From: Tubiluchus corallicola
Lineage: Eukaryota; Animalia; Priapulida
Assembly: GCA_030141605.1 (NCBI GenBank)
Contig: JAQGDQ010000126.1
Location: 1 to 64,000 of the forward strand
Reading direction: 5' to 3'
Length of the DNA: 64,000 nucleotides
Shown: piece by piece, positions 38,311 to 51,679 of the stretch
Numbering within the stretch: the stretch's first letter is position 1
Layout of the letters: each line of letters starts with the position of its first letter
Notes under the pieces: model-generated
The model's input: only the letters and a program-made list of their open reading frames with translations
Database searches by the model: none
Told to the model about the DNA's origin: nothing
Translations under genes and position numbers: made by a program

Positions 38311-38616
38311 GAGCATAGCGATTCGCTGACGAAATAAATACTGTCAACAGGAGTATTGCTACCTGGCATGACTGACGAGGCAGACTCTACCGGATTTACC
38401 CAGGTTTAGTAGCTCGCGAATGGTTATTGTTCTTGGAACAAAAGTCACTTGATCACGAAAACGAGGTTGCTCTGCACGTCCAGCGGCTGTATACAAAGCA
38501 CATTTGATTTTCCAGCTTTTGATATGAAACTTGTTTCCAAATAACTTCTGAGTCCTTTTGTTTATCCCCAATCTAATGCAATAGTCGTACAGTTTACGTT
38601 TTCACGTTCACATCAC

Positions 38617-38840
<224 letters not shown>

Positions 38841-39551
38841 AAGAATCTCGGTAGGATATCCTGGAAAGTGCTGGTAGCTCAGTTTTGGATTTTGTAAATG
38901 TTTGTTTGGTGTAAGAATGCGGTGTCCAATGTAACATATGTATAAATGTTAATAAATAAAAAATAAATAAATAAATACCCCACAAAACGCAAATAGAATG
39001 GAAAATAGGACCGATGACAGTTGACCTTGACTCTTAAACCGACGACAGCAGTCTAACTCTATTTATACACCATTGTAATTTTGTGGTTTCCAAGAATCTA
39101 TAAATGATATTATTTTATTTATCCTGTACGGTTGTATATAAGCCTGTCTGAATTACTGTAATTCTTAACACAGCGTCTAGTCCGAATTCTTAAAAATTGT
39201 TTTAACGATAAATTTTTGCTAGTTTTTCAGTATTGTTACTGTGGTCTTTTCAGTAACGTTACTGTGGTCCTGAAGATGAATTAATTCTCAAAATACTGAC
39301 CAAAGATGGAGTTTGTTTAATAACATAATTCGTTGTTTGTGATTTTTGGTTGGGGAAAGCAATCTTAACCATTATCAAGTAAAATTTGTTTGTCACTCGA
39401 CCACAAATTCTAGTAATTAAAGGAATCTGTAGCAAAGCCATATTGTTTTATGCTAAACTTAGCTGGCTTAAGGAAAAGTTTTAGTTTTGCTTTTACCAGC
39501 GGTTAACATTGTTTTCATATTCTTCTAAATGCAGAATTTTACCTTCAAGCA

Positions 39552-39566
39552 TTATTTTTGTTTCAG
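39552..39566 (+). other. Probable splice acceptor upstream of the GPCR start codon
   Basis: Pyrimidine-rich TTATTTTTGTTTCAG ends 51 nt before the ATG, implying an upstream non-coding exon (inference). Confidence 0.55.
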
Positions 39567-39617
39567 CTGTGGATGTTGTCACAAAATCTGTCATTCTTAT
39601 GAGAATTCCTCTGTTCA

Positions 39618-41036
39618 ATGGCCGACGATTATATCAACGATACAACAAGCAGTCAACCTTGGGGTGAGAATCTTCAGGATTACCTTGATATTTTTAACAT
39701 TAACTTAGCTACACTGAATGTCAGCAGCAGTGCAACTTTATTACTGCCAGGTGATCGTGTAGAACGCAAGTTTTATTTGACTTTTGGTGCACTTATGTGC
39801 ATTATTGGCTTCATGGGACTAATAGGAAATGGATTGTCGTTAACAATCTTGTGCCGACAGGAAATGCGATCTTCTATTAATCTCTACTTAAGTGCCCTAG
39901 GTGTCTATGATATCCTTCTTATACTGACAGCAATTTTCGCGTTTGGTATTCATGCTATTTCGGCGTATACCGGTTGGATAAGCTGGTACATGGCGTCTTT
40001 CCCTTATATGATTCGCTACGTATACCCTTTGGCTTTGTTTTCTCATAGTGCTTCGGTGTGGGTTACAGTGCTCGTGACAGTGGAACGATACATTGCTGTT
40101 TGTCACCCCCTAAGAGCCAGGTACTGGTGTACGACGTACCGCGCTAAAATTGTGATCGCCATTGTGTCATTGCTAGCTTTCGTTTATAATCTTCCCAGAT
40201 TTTGGGAAACGGCAATAATTAAAACTGTAGACCCTGTCACCAACGAAACGTACGTCGAGCATGGACCCTCAGCGTTTAGAAAAAATCAGCTGTATATAGA
40301 AATATATTACGTGTGGTTGTATCTTCCATTTATAAATGTCATACCGTTTTTGGCTTTAGCCACACTGAACAGTATGATACTATATACCGTGAAGAAAGCG
40401 CGTCATCGACGCAGTCACATGAGTTTGCGGGAAGAGAAAGAGGTAAACACAGCAATGATGCTGGTATGCATAGTAGCCATCTTTTTTGCCTGTAATATCC
40501 TTACCGTAATTTTAAACATTATTGAGCATACAGAGTTCAGGAACACAGAAAATTCGCTAACTCAGCATACTCTAGTCAACTCCACTTTAGTCAGCCAGTT
40601 AAATAACTCAAAAATTAATAATCAGAATGTTACAAATGAAAATCCTGCTTCAAAAATTTCCATAAAAGTTGTATTTGTTAGTAATTTGCTAGTGTCATTT
40701 AATTCTTCTATTAACTTTTTTATCTACTGTTATTTTGGGAAAAGATTTCGGCAGTTATTTTTGAAAATATTTTGTCGCAAAACTCAACAAGTAGTGCTTT
40801 CTCGCGTGTACACGTTACAGAAACCAATAATTTACGACAGTTGCACCCATGGTGAGCATAGCGCAAACAGCGTGAACTGCCAATCCTCATTAAGATACAT
40901 GAGATCTAACAATCACTCAAATGAAGCTGATAGCATTGAAATGAAACAGACTGCAAGACAATTTGACATTTCTCTGGAAGAGGAAATAGTTATAAACTGC
41001 AAGCAAAAACCTGTTGTGACTTCCGCCATTAACTGA
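39618..41036 (+). CDS. FMRFaR: Rhodopsin-family (class A) neuropeptide GPCR, FMRFamide receptor-like, 472 aa, single coding exon
   Basis: Intact ORF with seven hydrophobic segments: GLIGN (TM1), MRSSINLYLSALGVYD (TM2), SVWVTVLVTVERYIAVCHPLRA (TM3), YNLPRFWE (TM4), IPFLALATLN (TM5), MLVCIVAIFFACN (TM6), NSSINFFIYCYFGKRFR (TM7/H8). N-terminal sequons NDT and NVS. Exact orthology needs a phylogeny. Confidence 0.92.
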   Translation: MADDYINDTTSSQPWGENLQDYLDIFNINLATLNVSSSATLLLPGDRVERKFYLTFGALMCIIGFMGLIGNGLSLTILCRQEMRSSINLYLSALGVYDILLILTAIFAFGIHAISAYTGWISWYMASFPYMIRYVYPLALFSHSASVWVTVLVTVERYIAVCHPLRARYWCTTYRAKIVIAIVSLLAFVYNLPRFWETAIIKTVDPVTNETYVEHGPSAFRKNQLYIEIYYVWLYLPFINVIPFLALATLNSMILYTVKKARHRRSHMSLREEKEVNTAMMLVCIVAIFFACNILTVILNIIEHTEFRNTENSLTQHTLVNSTLVSQLNNSKINNQNVTNENPASKISIKVVFVSNLLVSFNSSINFFIYCYFGKRFRQLFLKIFCRKTQQVVLSRVYTLQKPIIYDSCTHGEHSANSVNCQSSLRYMRSNNHSNEADSIEMKQTARQFDISLEEEIVINCKQKPVVTSAIN

Positions 41037-41441
41037 TGTGCAATAGAAAGCCCAAACAATACGTAGTGTTTAATACGCAATTATATACAAGGAACTAGTG
41101 GATATCTTTTTGAACTGTGTGGATCTAGTCGTTTTGAATCTATGCCTATAAAGGTGTTTTATATTGCGAAACCGAAATTGCTTTAAATATTTGTTGCCAA
41201 CGTTCTCCTTCTCTCTTCTCTTCTATCCTTTTTCCCCTCTTCTCTCTTCTCTGACAGACAGAACCGGACAATGACCCTAGGCTCATGAAATTAAGTCCCC
41301 TCAGACGAAACCTCCCTCTAATTCGCCAGCACCTGTCTTGAATATTTTTACTCGTGATATATTTTAGCGACATTTACATAGCTTGAAGTAAACTGCTTGC
41401 AAATTCTTTAAGTAAATTAGAATAACTGTCTTTTATTTGTC

Positions 41442-41447
41442 AATAAA
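41442..41447 (+). terminator. Candidate polyadenylation signal for the GPCR
   Basis: AATAAA about 400 nt after the stop codon. This hexamer is common in AT-rich DNA, so support is weak. Confidence 0.3.
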
Positions 41448-41799
41448 AATATACTTTAAGAAATACCACTATTTTACTATTTATTGCAAACAAAATTAAC
41501 ACAAGTAAAACAAATGCACATTTTTAAAATTAGTAGCATTTAGTAGATAATAATGATAATAAATTATGAATGGGTTAGCAAAAAATAAGCAATATTTACA
41601 TCTATATAGTTATATAGATGTAAAAATGTCTATATAGTTATATAGATGTAAATATTGCTTACTATTTTGCACACCAGGCCTACATAAATGGCATGATTGC
41701 AAAAATACGACATTTTATAAATACTTGCAAAAATACGACATTTTATAAATACTGATGCCATAAAAATGATACGTATATATGATATACGCATGCACGCAA

Positions 41800-41828
41800 A
41801 ACCACCCACACATGCACGAACGCGCGTG

Positions 41829-41862
<34 letters not shown>

Positions 41863-41916
41863 CACGCACTCACGCACGCGCGCGCGCGCGCACACACACA
41901 CACACACATATACACA
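41800..41916. repeat. Compound (CA)n/(CG)n microsatellite
   Basis: Seen directly. Confidence 0.95.
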
Positions 41917-42830
41917 TATATCATTTTCAGGGCATCAGTACTTATAAAATGTCGTATTTTTGCAATTATGGCAATTATTTTACTAATTTTATTTACTGTA
42001 TGTTGCACATGTGTTTTCCATAATAATTTGTTATCTAATAAACACACCTAAATATTTTAGTTCACTTGTAGCTTCAATACATCTATTGCTCATTTTCAAA
42101 TTTAGTATAGCACTACCACTGAATCTGGTAATGCTGATTATACTGACGTCATACAAGGTCATTTGTCAATGTTAATCGATAACGTTTGGAATAGTTTGTA
42201 ATTCTTGTTGGTCTAGCTATTAAAGGTAAAATGGCGTTGTATATAACATAAATCAAACAAACTGCAATATTTTCTTTTTCTATGTGAGCTTTTTTCTACA
42301 CATTGCAAAAGATTTAAGTTTATGTCACCAGTAATGTAACATGTTTTGTTAGTTCTATTAATTTTTGATAATATAATCTCTTTTTCTGAGTGAAAATGTC
42401 CGGCAGAAATATTATGGTGTCTGTAAATTAAGCCAAATGTTATGATTTTGTTCTTACGAGGAATTTCAATGTCCAGCCACAAGTCTTCCACTTGTATAAT
42501 GGACTACTAATAAGTTACAGTGCCATCATTACCTGGTATGGGCATTCCATTGTTAGTATAAGTAATTTTATATTTGTCTAAAAGTGCACACTGAATTACC
42601 TGCTTTAATGTAAATGGTAACCCCGCCTGCACAGGTGTTCCACACTTTCCAAGTTACACATAAAGGGAAAATTATTATCATTAAGCTGTGTTTCATTCAC
42701 GGCAGTTAAATCATGGGATGCGGAAAAAGCGGAAAAATGCATCACCACTTCAGTCATATTACAATATCGTTTAAGAAGACTAAATTGAAATGAATAATTA
42801 AAAGTTCATTATTGTAAGGTATGCATTGTC
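41917..42830 (-). mobile_element. CR1/L2/Crack-group LINE relic with a large internal deletion (endonuclease joined to post-RT region)
   Basis: EDLWLDIE...GLIYRH and YITGDINLNLL are followed within ~200 bp by LDNKLLWKTHV...IAKIRHFI. Confidence 0.8.
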
Positions 42831-42874
42831 ACTTGTAGGTAGCAGCATTGTTGTAGGATGGCGTCAGTTAATAG

Positions 42875-42876
<2 letters not shown>

Positions 42877-42928
<52 letters not shown>

Positions 42929-42949
42929 GTGTGTGTGTATGCGCGCGTG
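42877..42949. repeat. (GT)n microsatellite
   Basis: Seen directly. Confidence 0.97.
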
Positions 42950-45900
42950 AAACATTAACATGACATTTTTAAACGAAATAAATGGCTTTGAGGATTTTCT
43001 GAATTACCAGCTGCAGTAAGCGCTTTAGGAGGAACACCTGTGACCATGCCGCCACATTTCTTCTACCTGGTTTTTATTTTGATTACTTTTGCTTCTGATA
43101 TTGCTTGGAAATACTTGACAGTAAAAATAATAAAAAAGGCAATTGCTGGCCGAGAATCATGCAAGGATTGCATTAGTGAGCTCAGGTGGGTTTTCAACCG
43201 CACAATCAGATAGCGACTGAAAGCAAAATGTTAACGGTGTTGCCTGATAACGGTATAACACGTATTGCATGCTAACTCAATCATTAAAAACCTCATCGGG
43301 TCCACTAGAGATTGTTAACATCGTATATTGCACTGTAGACGAAAAGCCATGTTTTTCACCCTCCCTGTCGTGAAGTTTGGGCTTCACGATTCGCCCGCCA
43401 TAAAGAAGCCATTGTGAATTAATTTACGTGAAACTGTAGGAACTGGTTCGAGGAGTTAACCTAGTTAAAAGAAGTGAGAGTTGTTGAGTTGATATGAAAC
43501 AGAAAACATGTATATTGCGCTCTCGTAAAAAGAATAAATTTAGCGTTATGGCGGAAGGAAAAATTCTCGTTTTCGTTTTACTGTCGTCACAAAAGTCACC
43601 ACGACACTCCCTATAGTTAGTCAGTAGTTTTTTGATATCTACATAAGTACTGTCGTTGAATAGTAACAGAGCAAACATTTCAATATTGTAAACTTATTAA
43701 TCTGTTCATACTTATGTAAGCGTCCTGCGTAGTCTGCTTGCCTGTTTGCATGTCTTGTGATCATACGCCACTTGTAAAGTACGCAAGAGATGTACGCAAC
43801 AAGTTGATTTCTACGAGAGGGAGCTAATACCGACAGTTAAGTATTTTGTGTGCAATTTCCGGGAAAAAATCGAATATGTTTGTACAAGCCCACAATAAAC
43901 TAAATATGAAAAAGTTGGACTACAGCCTGTATTTGGATCTGTTTACAAGTCAGACCCATTAGGCCACTAAGCCATTGTCTGACCTAAAACATGTAACATA
44001 GCTAATATGTTTCACAAACGGTTGCAGCCATCTTGAAATTCTAAACAAGGTGATATCGTAGGTGTTACTAAGCATCACATGCGGAATTCCTCGACCTTTA
44101 AAACTTGTATTTAGACACCAAAATCATCTTTTCTGTTATAACAGTTAATATAAGGTCCTGATATGCTAGGGATAGTCATTTTTTGTCAGCCGTATAGAAA
44201 ATGGTGGCCATGTGGAGGATTTTCGATTGACCCCACATCCGCAATTAATCACCTTGATGCGTTATACTATTGTGCAAACTCATAACTTTGGAGGAATGCG
44301 CATTTTTCACCATTTTGCTGAACTATATGTCAGGACACGGTAGCTGTTGTTTTTTGCTTGTTGCCCGTTTTAGACTTTTTGCATCTTTTCTGGCGTCCAG
44401 CAGTTTTTTAAATTTAACAAGGTCTAATTGATAAAATAATTTGCGTTTTGTTTTTATAATAAATCTTTAGGTGAAACAGGTAATATAACTGCTTGATTGG
44501 AATAATTTTGTTTTGTGTTCAATAGAGCACTGAAAACTAGCTCAGTAGAGCTGTTTTGTTTTTCCATTAATTATGTTATGTTTATAGTTAAACCAATGCA
44601 ACTTTATTAAAACTTTAACTTTACATTGTTAAAATCATGTTAAACGTTACGACAGACTACTGCTGTCATCATCAGTGGTAAATTTACAAATATACAACCA
44701 GTTTATATAGGGAAAGTATATTATGCACTAATTATGCATTTACAAACACCAAATAGGTAGTGAGTAAGCAGACCTGAAGAGAAGAAATTGACACAGTAAC
44801 AAATAGCTAAGTGTTTGAAAATAAAGTTAAAGGAATTGAACTGCTTGTACATTAAGAGAAGGCTTATTAGGGTACACAGATAAACTTTCTTTCACTAATA
44901 AGTCCCAGTTATTTGAAACTCTGGTCACAATGCTGAAATTATTAAAATCAGCTTTGTGGCTAGAGGCTCAAATACGTCATTAATGCTGGATTGCGAAGAA
45001 TTTTTTAAATTTTTGCTAGTTCTAGACGAAATACCCAAATGTTCTCATATTCTTACTTTAAAGTGTCTAGATGTCTGCCATGGTAAGCAGCATTGCAGCT
45101 GCTGCACTGAAATCTATAAATAATACCAGGCCGTAAGAATGAGAGTATTTTGGCTTTAAATGGGAAGAAAGAGCCTAAATTATTATCAGATTTTAACGCA
45201 ATACGAGCTATACAGTTGTTTCACAATATGACAGATTTTGTTTTTGACTTGCAAAGACCGAGGCCCAATAAATTGTATGGGTAAATACACTATTTTTTGG
45301 AAACAGAAAGTAAGGAAAAAAAATCATCAAGATATTTTTGATGGTTAAGTCAGTTAACCATGTTGGAAACCTATTAGAACAGCCCTTCCTATAATTTTTG
45401 AAAAACATGGCAGTAAGGAGATGTATCTATAATTACTTACATCGAGCGGATATTATACGCGAGTTCGATTGTTAGTAATAATCAATTTAGTTATAATTCC
45501 GCCCTAGCAGAACAGAATTACTGTCTCTTTCTTACTGTTCCATGCATTCATTATTATGTTATTATGTTGAAGCGTAAACCGCTTTTTGTTCATTTATCCT
45601 GCGCAGAATTGTTACATCCAATTTTCATAGATTTTAAAATCTACGTTTGGTTTGCAAAGCGAGATTTTCAGCTTACTGAAGATTATGGGAAATGTTGTAA
45701 GTCTGCTGAATCCTAAATAAAGTCACACAAATGAGATAACCTACTCGGTACATAGCCCAAGTTATTACCTCTCGTTTACAACAGGTGTGGAAAGGATAAG
45801 TTAAGGACAGGTTATTTTGGACATTTTATGGTGGTATGCTTTGTGTTACGATAACTATCACAAAAGGAAAGCGTTTAAAATTAATGATCCTAATGAGAAA

Positions 45901-47164
45901 TTGGACATTAATAAAATTGTACTGTTACCCAGAGTTAACAACTACGCGAAAGGCAAAATTATTATTTTAATTAACAGAAATTACAAAATGGTTGGACATA
46001 TAATGATACAGCAGGAAAAATTATTGTAATTTCTTGATTGCCAATTATGATAATTGCCGAGACTAATCGATGAAGGCGCCTGAGGTGAGCTGAAGTGTTT
46101 TTTACTATCAAATGGTTAGGCCCAGTGGCTGCATACGTATTTTAGAAACGATGGACTGCCGTCTGCGATTTTAGCCTTATGCGATAATTTTTGCATAATT
46201 CTGAGTATAGTTGACCAATTCTGCTGCAAAAATGTGAAAATTAATACATGCCCAGAGAAATACAGTCCGAAAACTAATTTGATGATACGTGTAGTAGTAG
46301 CACCGACAGATATCTTTCCTTTAAACTTGAATTCAAGTCAATTCATTTCAGTTTATTTCAATTCGATAAATTTATTTGTCTCAGGCATAACGAAGTCACA
46401 CACCATAATCAATGACAGACGAGTCGGCGAGAGACTATGGGTATTCTAAGTAACCACTCCTATACGTACGGCTGTATCAGTTTTTAGGCTAAAACACAAT
46501 TTCTAAATGACGGCATAATTTAGCATTGAATGAGCACCTCTCACCTTTCGCAAAGCCTGGATCGGAACAGACTTGGGCGAGCGTGTACCACTTGCCGGCG
46601 TTACAAGTTGTTTAAATTCATACAGGCCTCTCCAAGGGCATCATTTGTAGCCATTTGCTTTTCGGCCTTGATTCACACAGTTTAGTAGCAGTATGTATTA
46701 CTCTCCTGACCAGTAATTTGGTTTCATTGACATATTGCTACATTGTAACTATAATTGATAATCTGAATATACCAATAGTTTATAAAATTGATGATTACAC
46801 TATAATAGTGCTTTAATACTTACCGTCTTAATTCGTAAAACAAATATTAACAAGTGCTCCTACTAGTATTATTGTCCTTTGATTATGCCCCAATATATGA
46901 TTAATATGGCATATACAAGTTCTAATAATATGATAACTTGATTTCAGTTTTTAGCCTGGTTCGAAATTTAGTATATTACATAATTTCGCTCATATTCAGT
47001 TTAAACGTTTGTTTTGTAGTTATTATGTACTCATCTTGACTCGCTGAAAACATGGCTGGCTGGCTTTACTTGCTAGTATATATATATTTACACTTTTATA
47101 CTTACACTCCTTTAACGATATTTTATTCTACTTTTTTTACTTTTTCTATTCTCTAATCTCTTTA

Positions 47165-48440
47165 ATTTTGATTTTCCCTGCACTTTTGATGGTACCTGTA
47201 AACAGATTCTGTCCAATATGTGATAAATGTATTCGACGTAACCAGCGGGCATTGAACTGCGACTGTTGCGGCGGAACTATTCATATCAAATGTACTTATT
47301 TTTCGTTAAAAGATAAACTACCAGCTGCTGGAGATGTCTGGTTTTGCCACGTCTGCTTGCAAAACTTATTCCCTTATAATAATATTATAGACGACAATGA
47401 ATTTGAATTCGCTGGAAGATTCTAAGTATAATTTGGATATTTTTGAACATCAATTTGGGGATAATTTTAATAGCTTAGATGAAATTGATCCTGACTTACA
47501 ATTCTTTAACAATTCTAACCAGTTACCAAAAAGCAAATATTTCGACATTGAACAATTCTCATGAATGTATTTAAATATACGTTACAATAATAGCTTCTCT
47601 ATGATTCATTTAAATATACGTAGTTTGGCAGTGAACTATGATTATTTCACGGCACTCCTACATTTGTTGAAAGTTAATTTCTCAGTCATAGCCTTATCTG
47701 AGACATGGCTTCATTCTAAATATCCTGATTTTTCCAACTTGCCAGGTTACAGTTTTGTTAGTAAAAATCGAGAATATAAGAAGGAGGTGGTGTAGGTTTA
47801 TTCATCAGTAATAATATTAATTATTCAGTAAGAAATGATCTCAGCATCAGTAATGAGATCTTAGAAACAATTTTCATTGAAATACATGTTAGCAAAGCTA
47901 CAAATATAATAGTGGGTTCTGTTTACAAACCACCTGGTGAAGATCCCAACGTTTCACCGAGCAGTTATCTAATTTATTGTCTACTGTTACCCGTCATAAG
48001 AAACAAATTTTCATTCTTGGTGACTTCAATATTAATTTGTTAACCTTCTCAACCCATGAAGCTACATCTGATTTTTTAAACACTATGATCTCTAATAGTA
48101 TTTTTCCTGTAATTACCTTACCTACACGTATAACGCCTAATAGTTCAACATTGATAGACAATATTTTTACCAATGCAATTGAACATAAATTCAAATCTGG
48201 TAATTTACTTTTTGACATTACTGATCACTTGCCAATTTTCTTGATAATCGATTTAAACGTAACTACGTCTTACTTCTTTAAATATAATAGAACTCTCTAT
48301 AATGACCGTATTAAACGCAAATTTGCTTCTGACTTGGATAATTCTGATTGGAAGGATGTATATACTACATCTGAACCACAAGAAGGTAGATAAATTTCAA
48401 ATGATGTACAATAACAATATAACTACAATTAACAACAATA
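47165..48440 (+). mobile_element. CR1/L2/Crack-group LINE ORF2 5' part (PHD finger plus APE endonuclease)
   Basis: CPICDKC..CDCC...HIKC..WFCHVC, HLNIRSL, LSETWL, LGDFNINLL, PTRIT..TLIDNIF and TDHLPIF motifs. Confidence 0.92.
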
Positions 48441-48459
48441 ATATAAATCCAGGTGCCAT

Positions 48460-51170
48460 TAAAAAGCCATAGATTATAGACAAGTGTAAATTTGAATGTG
48501 AAGAAGTGGATTTCCTTGGTCATCTTGTTAGTAGAAATGGTATCCAACGTACTGAAGACAAAGTGCTTGCTATTAAAAACTGGCCGGTCCCTGTAAATCA
48601 GGGGTGTGCAAATTATCTGACTAGCCGGGCCACATTAAACATTCCCGCAATTTCTGTGGGCCACATGCAGTTTGGTCAAGGAGCCAAGTACAGTAGGACC
48701 TAATAACGATTTTTCTGCATCTGATCTGTTACATCATTACTACTGCATACTACACTCAAAAAACTATTTTAGAAATTATTAAAATTTATATTAAAAGCCA
48801 AATATTTCGTCATGTCCGACAGTGACATTAAGTGACAACGGTCTTGTAAGGGTTAATGCCATCCGATTTAGAGGAAAAAACTACCCGCACTATCTTTGCG
48901 ATATTGGCGCAGACTTCAGATAGATCGCACTTTCATTAGGTTGACAAACCTCTTCGCGGGCCGCACAAGATCTCTCGGCGGGCCGCAAGTGGCCCGCGGG
49001 CCGCAGTTTGCACACCCCTGCTGTAAATGTTCATGAAGTGCGTCAATTTCATGGATTTTGCTCTTATTTTCGTCATTTAGTGAAGGACTTTGCTGTGATT
49101 GTTGCAAAGCCGCATTGCTGATCTGACTGGCAAAGATGTGCCATTCTTGTGGAGTCTTGAATGCCAACATGCCTTTGATGAATTAAAGAGAAGATTGATG
49201 AGTGAGCCTATTCTTGAACATCCTAATCCTGATAGAATGTTCATCTTGACAACTGATGCCTGCAAAACAGGATGGGGAGCTGTTTTATCCCAAGGATTTG
49301 GTAAAGAAGAGTACGTTATCCCTTATGCTTCTGGAAAATATTCTCCATGCCAGCAGAAGTATTCTACTACGGAGCTTGAGCTCCTTGCTCTGAAAAATGG
49401 AATAGATAAATTTCGTCATTATTTGCTTGGGAAACCTTTCGTTGCTGTGACAGGTCATCAGGCTGTTTCGTGGCTGAAGTGCCAGAAAGACCCTCCTGAC
49501 CTAGATGGTTGCTATGGCTGAATCAGTATGACTTTGAGGTATGCCATAAACCTGGAAAAATGATTCCTGATGCAGACGCATTGAGTCGCGTGCATACGAC
49601 TAAAGATGTGTCTGAGTGCCAGTCAATTGCAGAAGCTGTGACTAATGATCTTGTGTTTGCCTGGCTTCGTGATGAGGTGCAAGGTGTGAAGCACATGTCT
49701 GACCAGCCTGACTCAGATGAACTGAGATATTATCGTCATGAAAAAGATAAATTGTCTGTCGTGAATGGCGAAATTATAAGACAATCAAGTGGGTATGCTT
49801 CGCCACAAAAACTTGTGCCACCAGTGCTTAGAGATCGTGTTATTTCTCTTGCTCATGATCATGTATTATCTGGTCACTTTGGTGTACGAAAAACGATAGG
49901 ACAAATTACACCATTGTATTATTGGTATGGTTTAACCAACAGTGCTCGTACGTTCATCAGAAATTGTCATGGATGTGTTTTAGTGAAGCGTGAAGCCAGA
50001 CCACAACATGAAGCTCATGGAACTATTAAAGTACTAGGTGATAAGTTTGAACAGATATCTGCCGATATCTTGACTTTGCCTTTAAGTAGTAGTGGCTATA
50101 AGTATGTTTTAGTTGTAACAAACTTGTTCTTTAAATTTCCAGAATTGTATCCTATTGAGTGCTGAATCTGTTGCTTAATGTATTGTTGATTTTATATGTC
50201 ATTATGGAGTGCCTAAAACTTAGTTGACTGATCAAGGTGCAAATTTTGAATCTGATTTGGTGAAGGCAAATCAATGATAAGTTAAGTATACAAAAATTGA
50301 GAACTTCAGTGTATCATGCTTGTTGCAATGGACAATGTGAATGATTTAATTTGACTCTTTGTGAAGCATTATGTGAAAAGTAACTGTCATGATTGGGAGA
50401 AGTATTTACAAATGATTGCTTTTGCGTATAATACTAGTGTCCATCGCACTACTCGAGTGACTCCATATAAACTTGTGTTTGGAAAGGAGGCTAGACATCC
50501 TCTTGTTAGTGAGTTAAATTGTGAAGACCTTCTTGAAGTCCCTGATTATTCAGAATATGCAAACACTTTAGCTTTTGAATTTGTTAGAGTATAGAAAAAT
50601 GTTAAGTCAAATATTGAAAAGTACCAAAATGCTTCAGTGACTAGTGTAACACCTCAAGGTTGCCTTAAAGAGGGTGACAATGTTGCAATGATAAATTTTA
50701 GAGGTAGATCTGGACCAAATAGGAAACTTGTAAAGCGTTATTTGGGTCCTTATAAGGTGTTAAAATGTAAATCTGATTACTGTATACAACGACCTCGTGC
50801 TCGTAATTCTTTGTGGGTGCATGGTAGTAACTTGAAGAAGTTACATCTTAATATCTGTGAAACCGGTAAAGCTAAATCTTGTATTGATTGTGATAGTTAT
50901 GATTCTGATTATGATGATGACATTTATGCTCCTTTGCATGGATATACATGTTATGATCCAAATCAGTCTGAAGATGATGTGAATATGATAGAAGATGCTA
51001 TTAATGCTAATTTTAGTAGTGATGAACATGATAATGAAAGTATTAATTCTGATGTCAGTAGCACAGTGCTGAAAGTCCAGACGATGATTTTGATGGACAT
51101 CTTTTTAATTTAAGGCCTCGGTGATAGAAATCTGAGGTTGCCAAAAAGACTCACAGATTATTCTTTAGCT
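48460..51170 (+). mobile_element. Ty3/Gypsy pol fragment (end of RT, RNase H, integrase, acidic C-terminus), disrupted
   Basis: KCKF..EVDFLGHLVS, TTDACKTGWGAVLSQ, YSTTELELLA, HHCC (AHD..GHFG..CHGC), TDQGANFES, AYNTSVH..TPYKLVFG and YLGPYKV. The order RT-RH-IN is Gypsy-type. Confidence 0.95.
48599..49020. mobile_element. hAT (Charlie-like) MITE, 422 bp, nested in the Gypsy RT
   Basis: Perfect 14-bp TIR CAGGGGTGTGCAAA / TTTGCACACCCCTG. 8-bp TSD CTGTAAAT at 48591-48598 and 49021-49028. Subterminal GCGGGCCGCA repeats. Excision restores WPVPVNVHEVRQF. Confidence 0.97.
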
Positions 51171-51679
51171 TGAGTTTGACAAAATGGCTTGTTTCATTTT
51201 TGACTTTTGAAAATTTTGTGTTTGATTTTGGTGCATATAACTTGTATTGCACACTTCTGATTCTAGTTGTTCTTAGATTTCAGCTTTGAAAGTTTGTTTG
51301 CTGTCTGTATTGCGTTCTGCCAGTTTGAATGTTAGTTATGCTGTGCTAAATTACGTTAACATTGATGTTAGCCTGATTCCTGAACTGAATTGTACATAAT
51401 GTGAGGTCACATGACTGGAGCATTGCCGAATGTCAGGGCCAGCCGTGTTATTGAGCGAATGTGTGCTTGTCATTGCGCATTTTGAAAGCTTGGTGCGCCA
51501 CTGATTAGAAATGTCTTCGTCTAATGTCGGGACCACGTTTTATGATAGTTTTAGCTCTTTTGATTCCAATTTTAATGTTAGGGTTAATAAACACGTTTAA
51601 TTATGCCGTTAAACGTTTGTTTGATGTTTCTGTGACCCGTGACCTTGACATGTATTTTATTTAGGTTAGGGAACCTACC

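Noticed and set aside
41630-42051. His-Thr and Val-Cys repeat ORFs (also near 13481 and 57532-58158)
   Set aside because: They are translations of CA/GT microsatellites, partly fused to LINE remnants.
43980-44330. Possible non-autonomous DNA transposon relic (also ~24480-24690 and ~22600-22900)
   Set aside because: The composition looks repeat-like, but I could not define termini, TSDs or a second copy.
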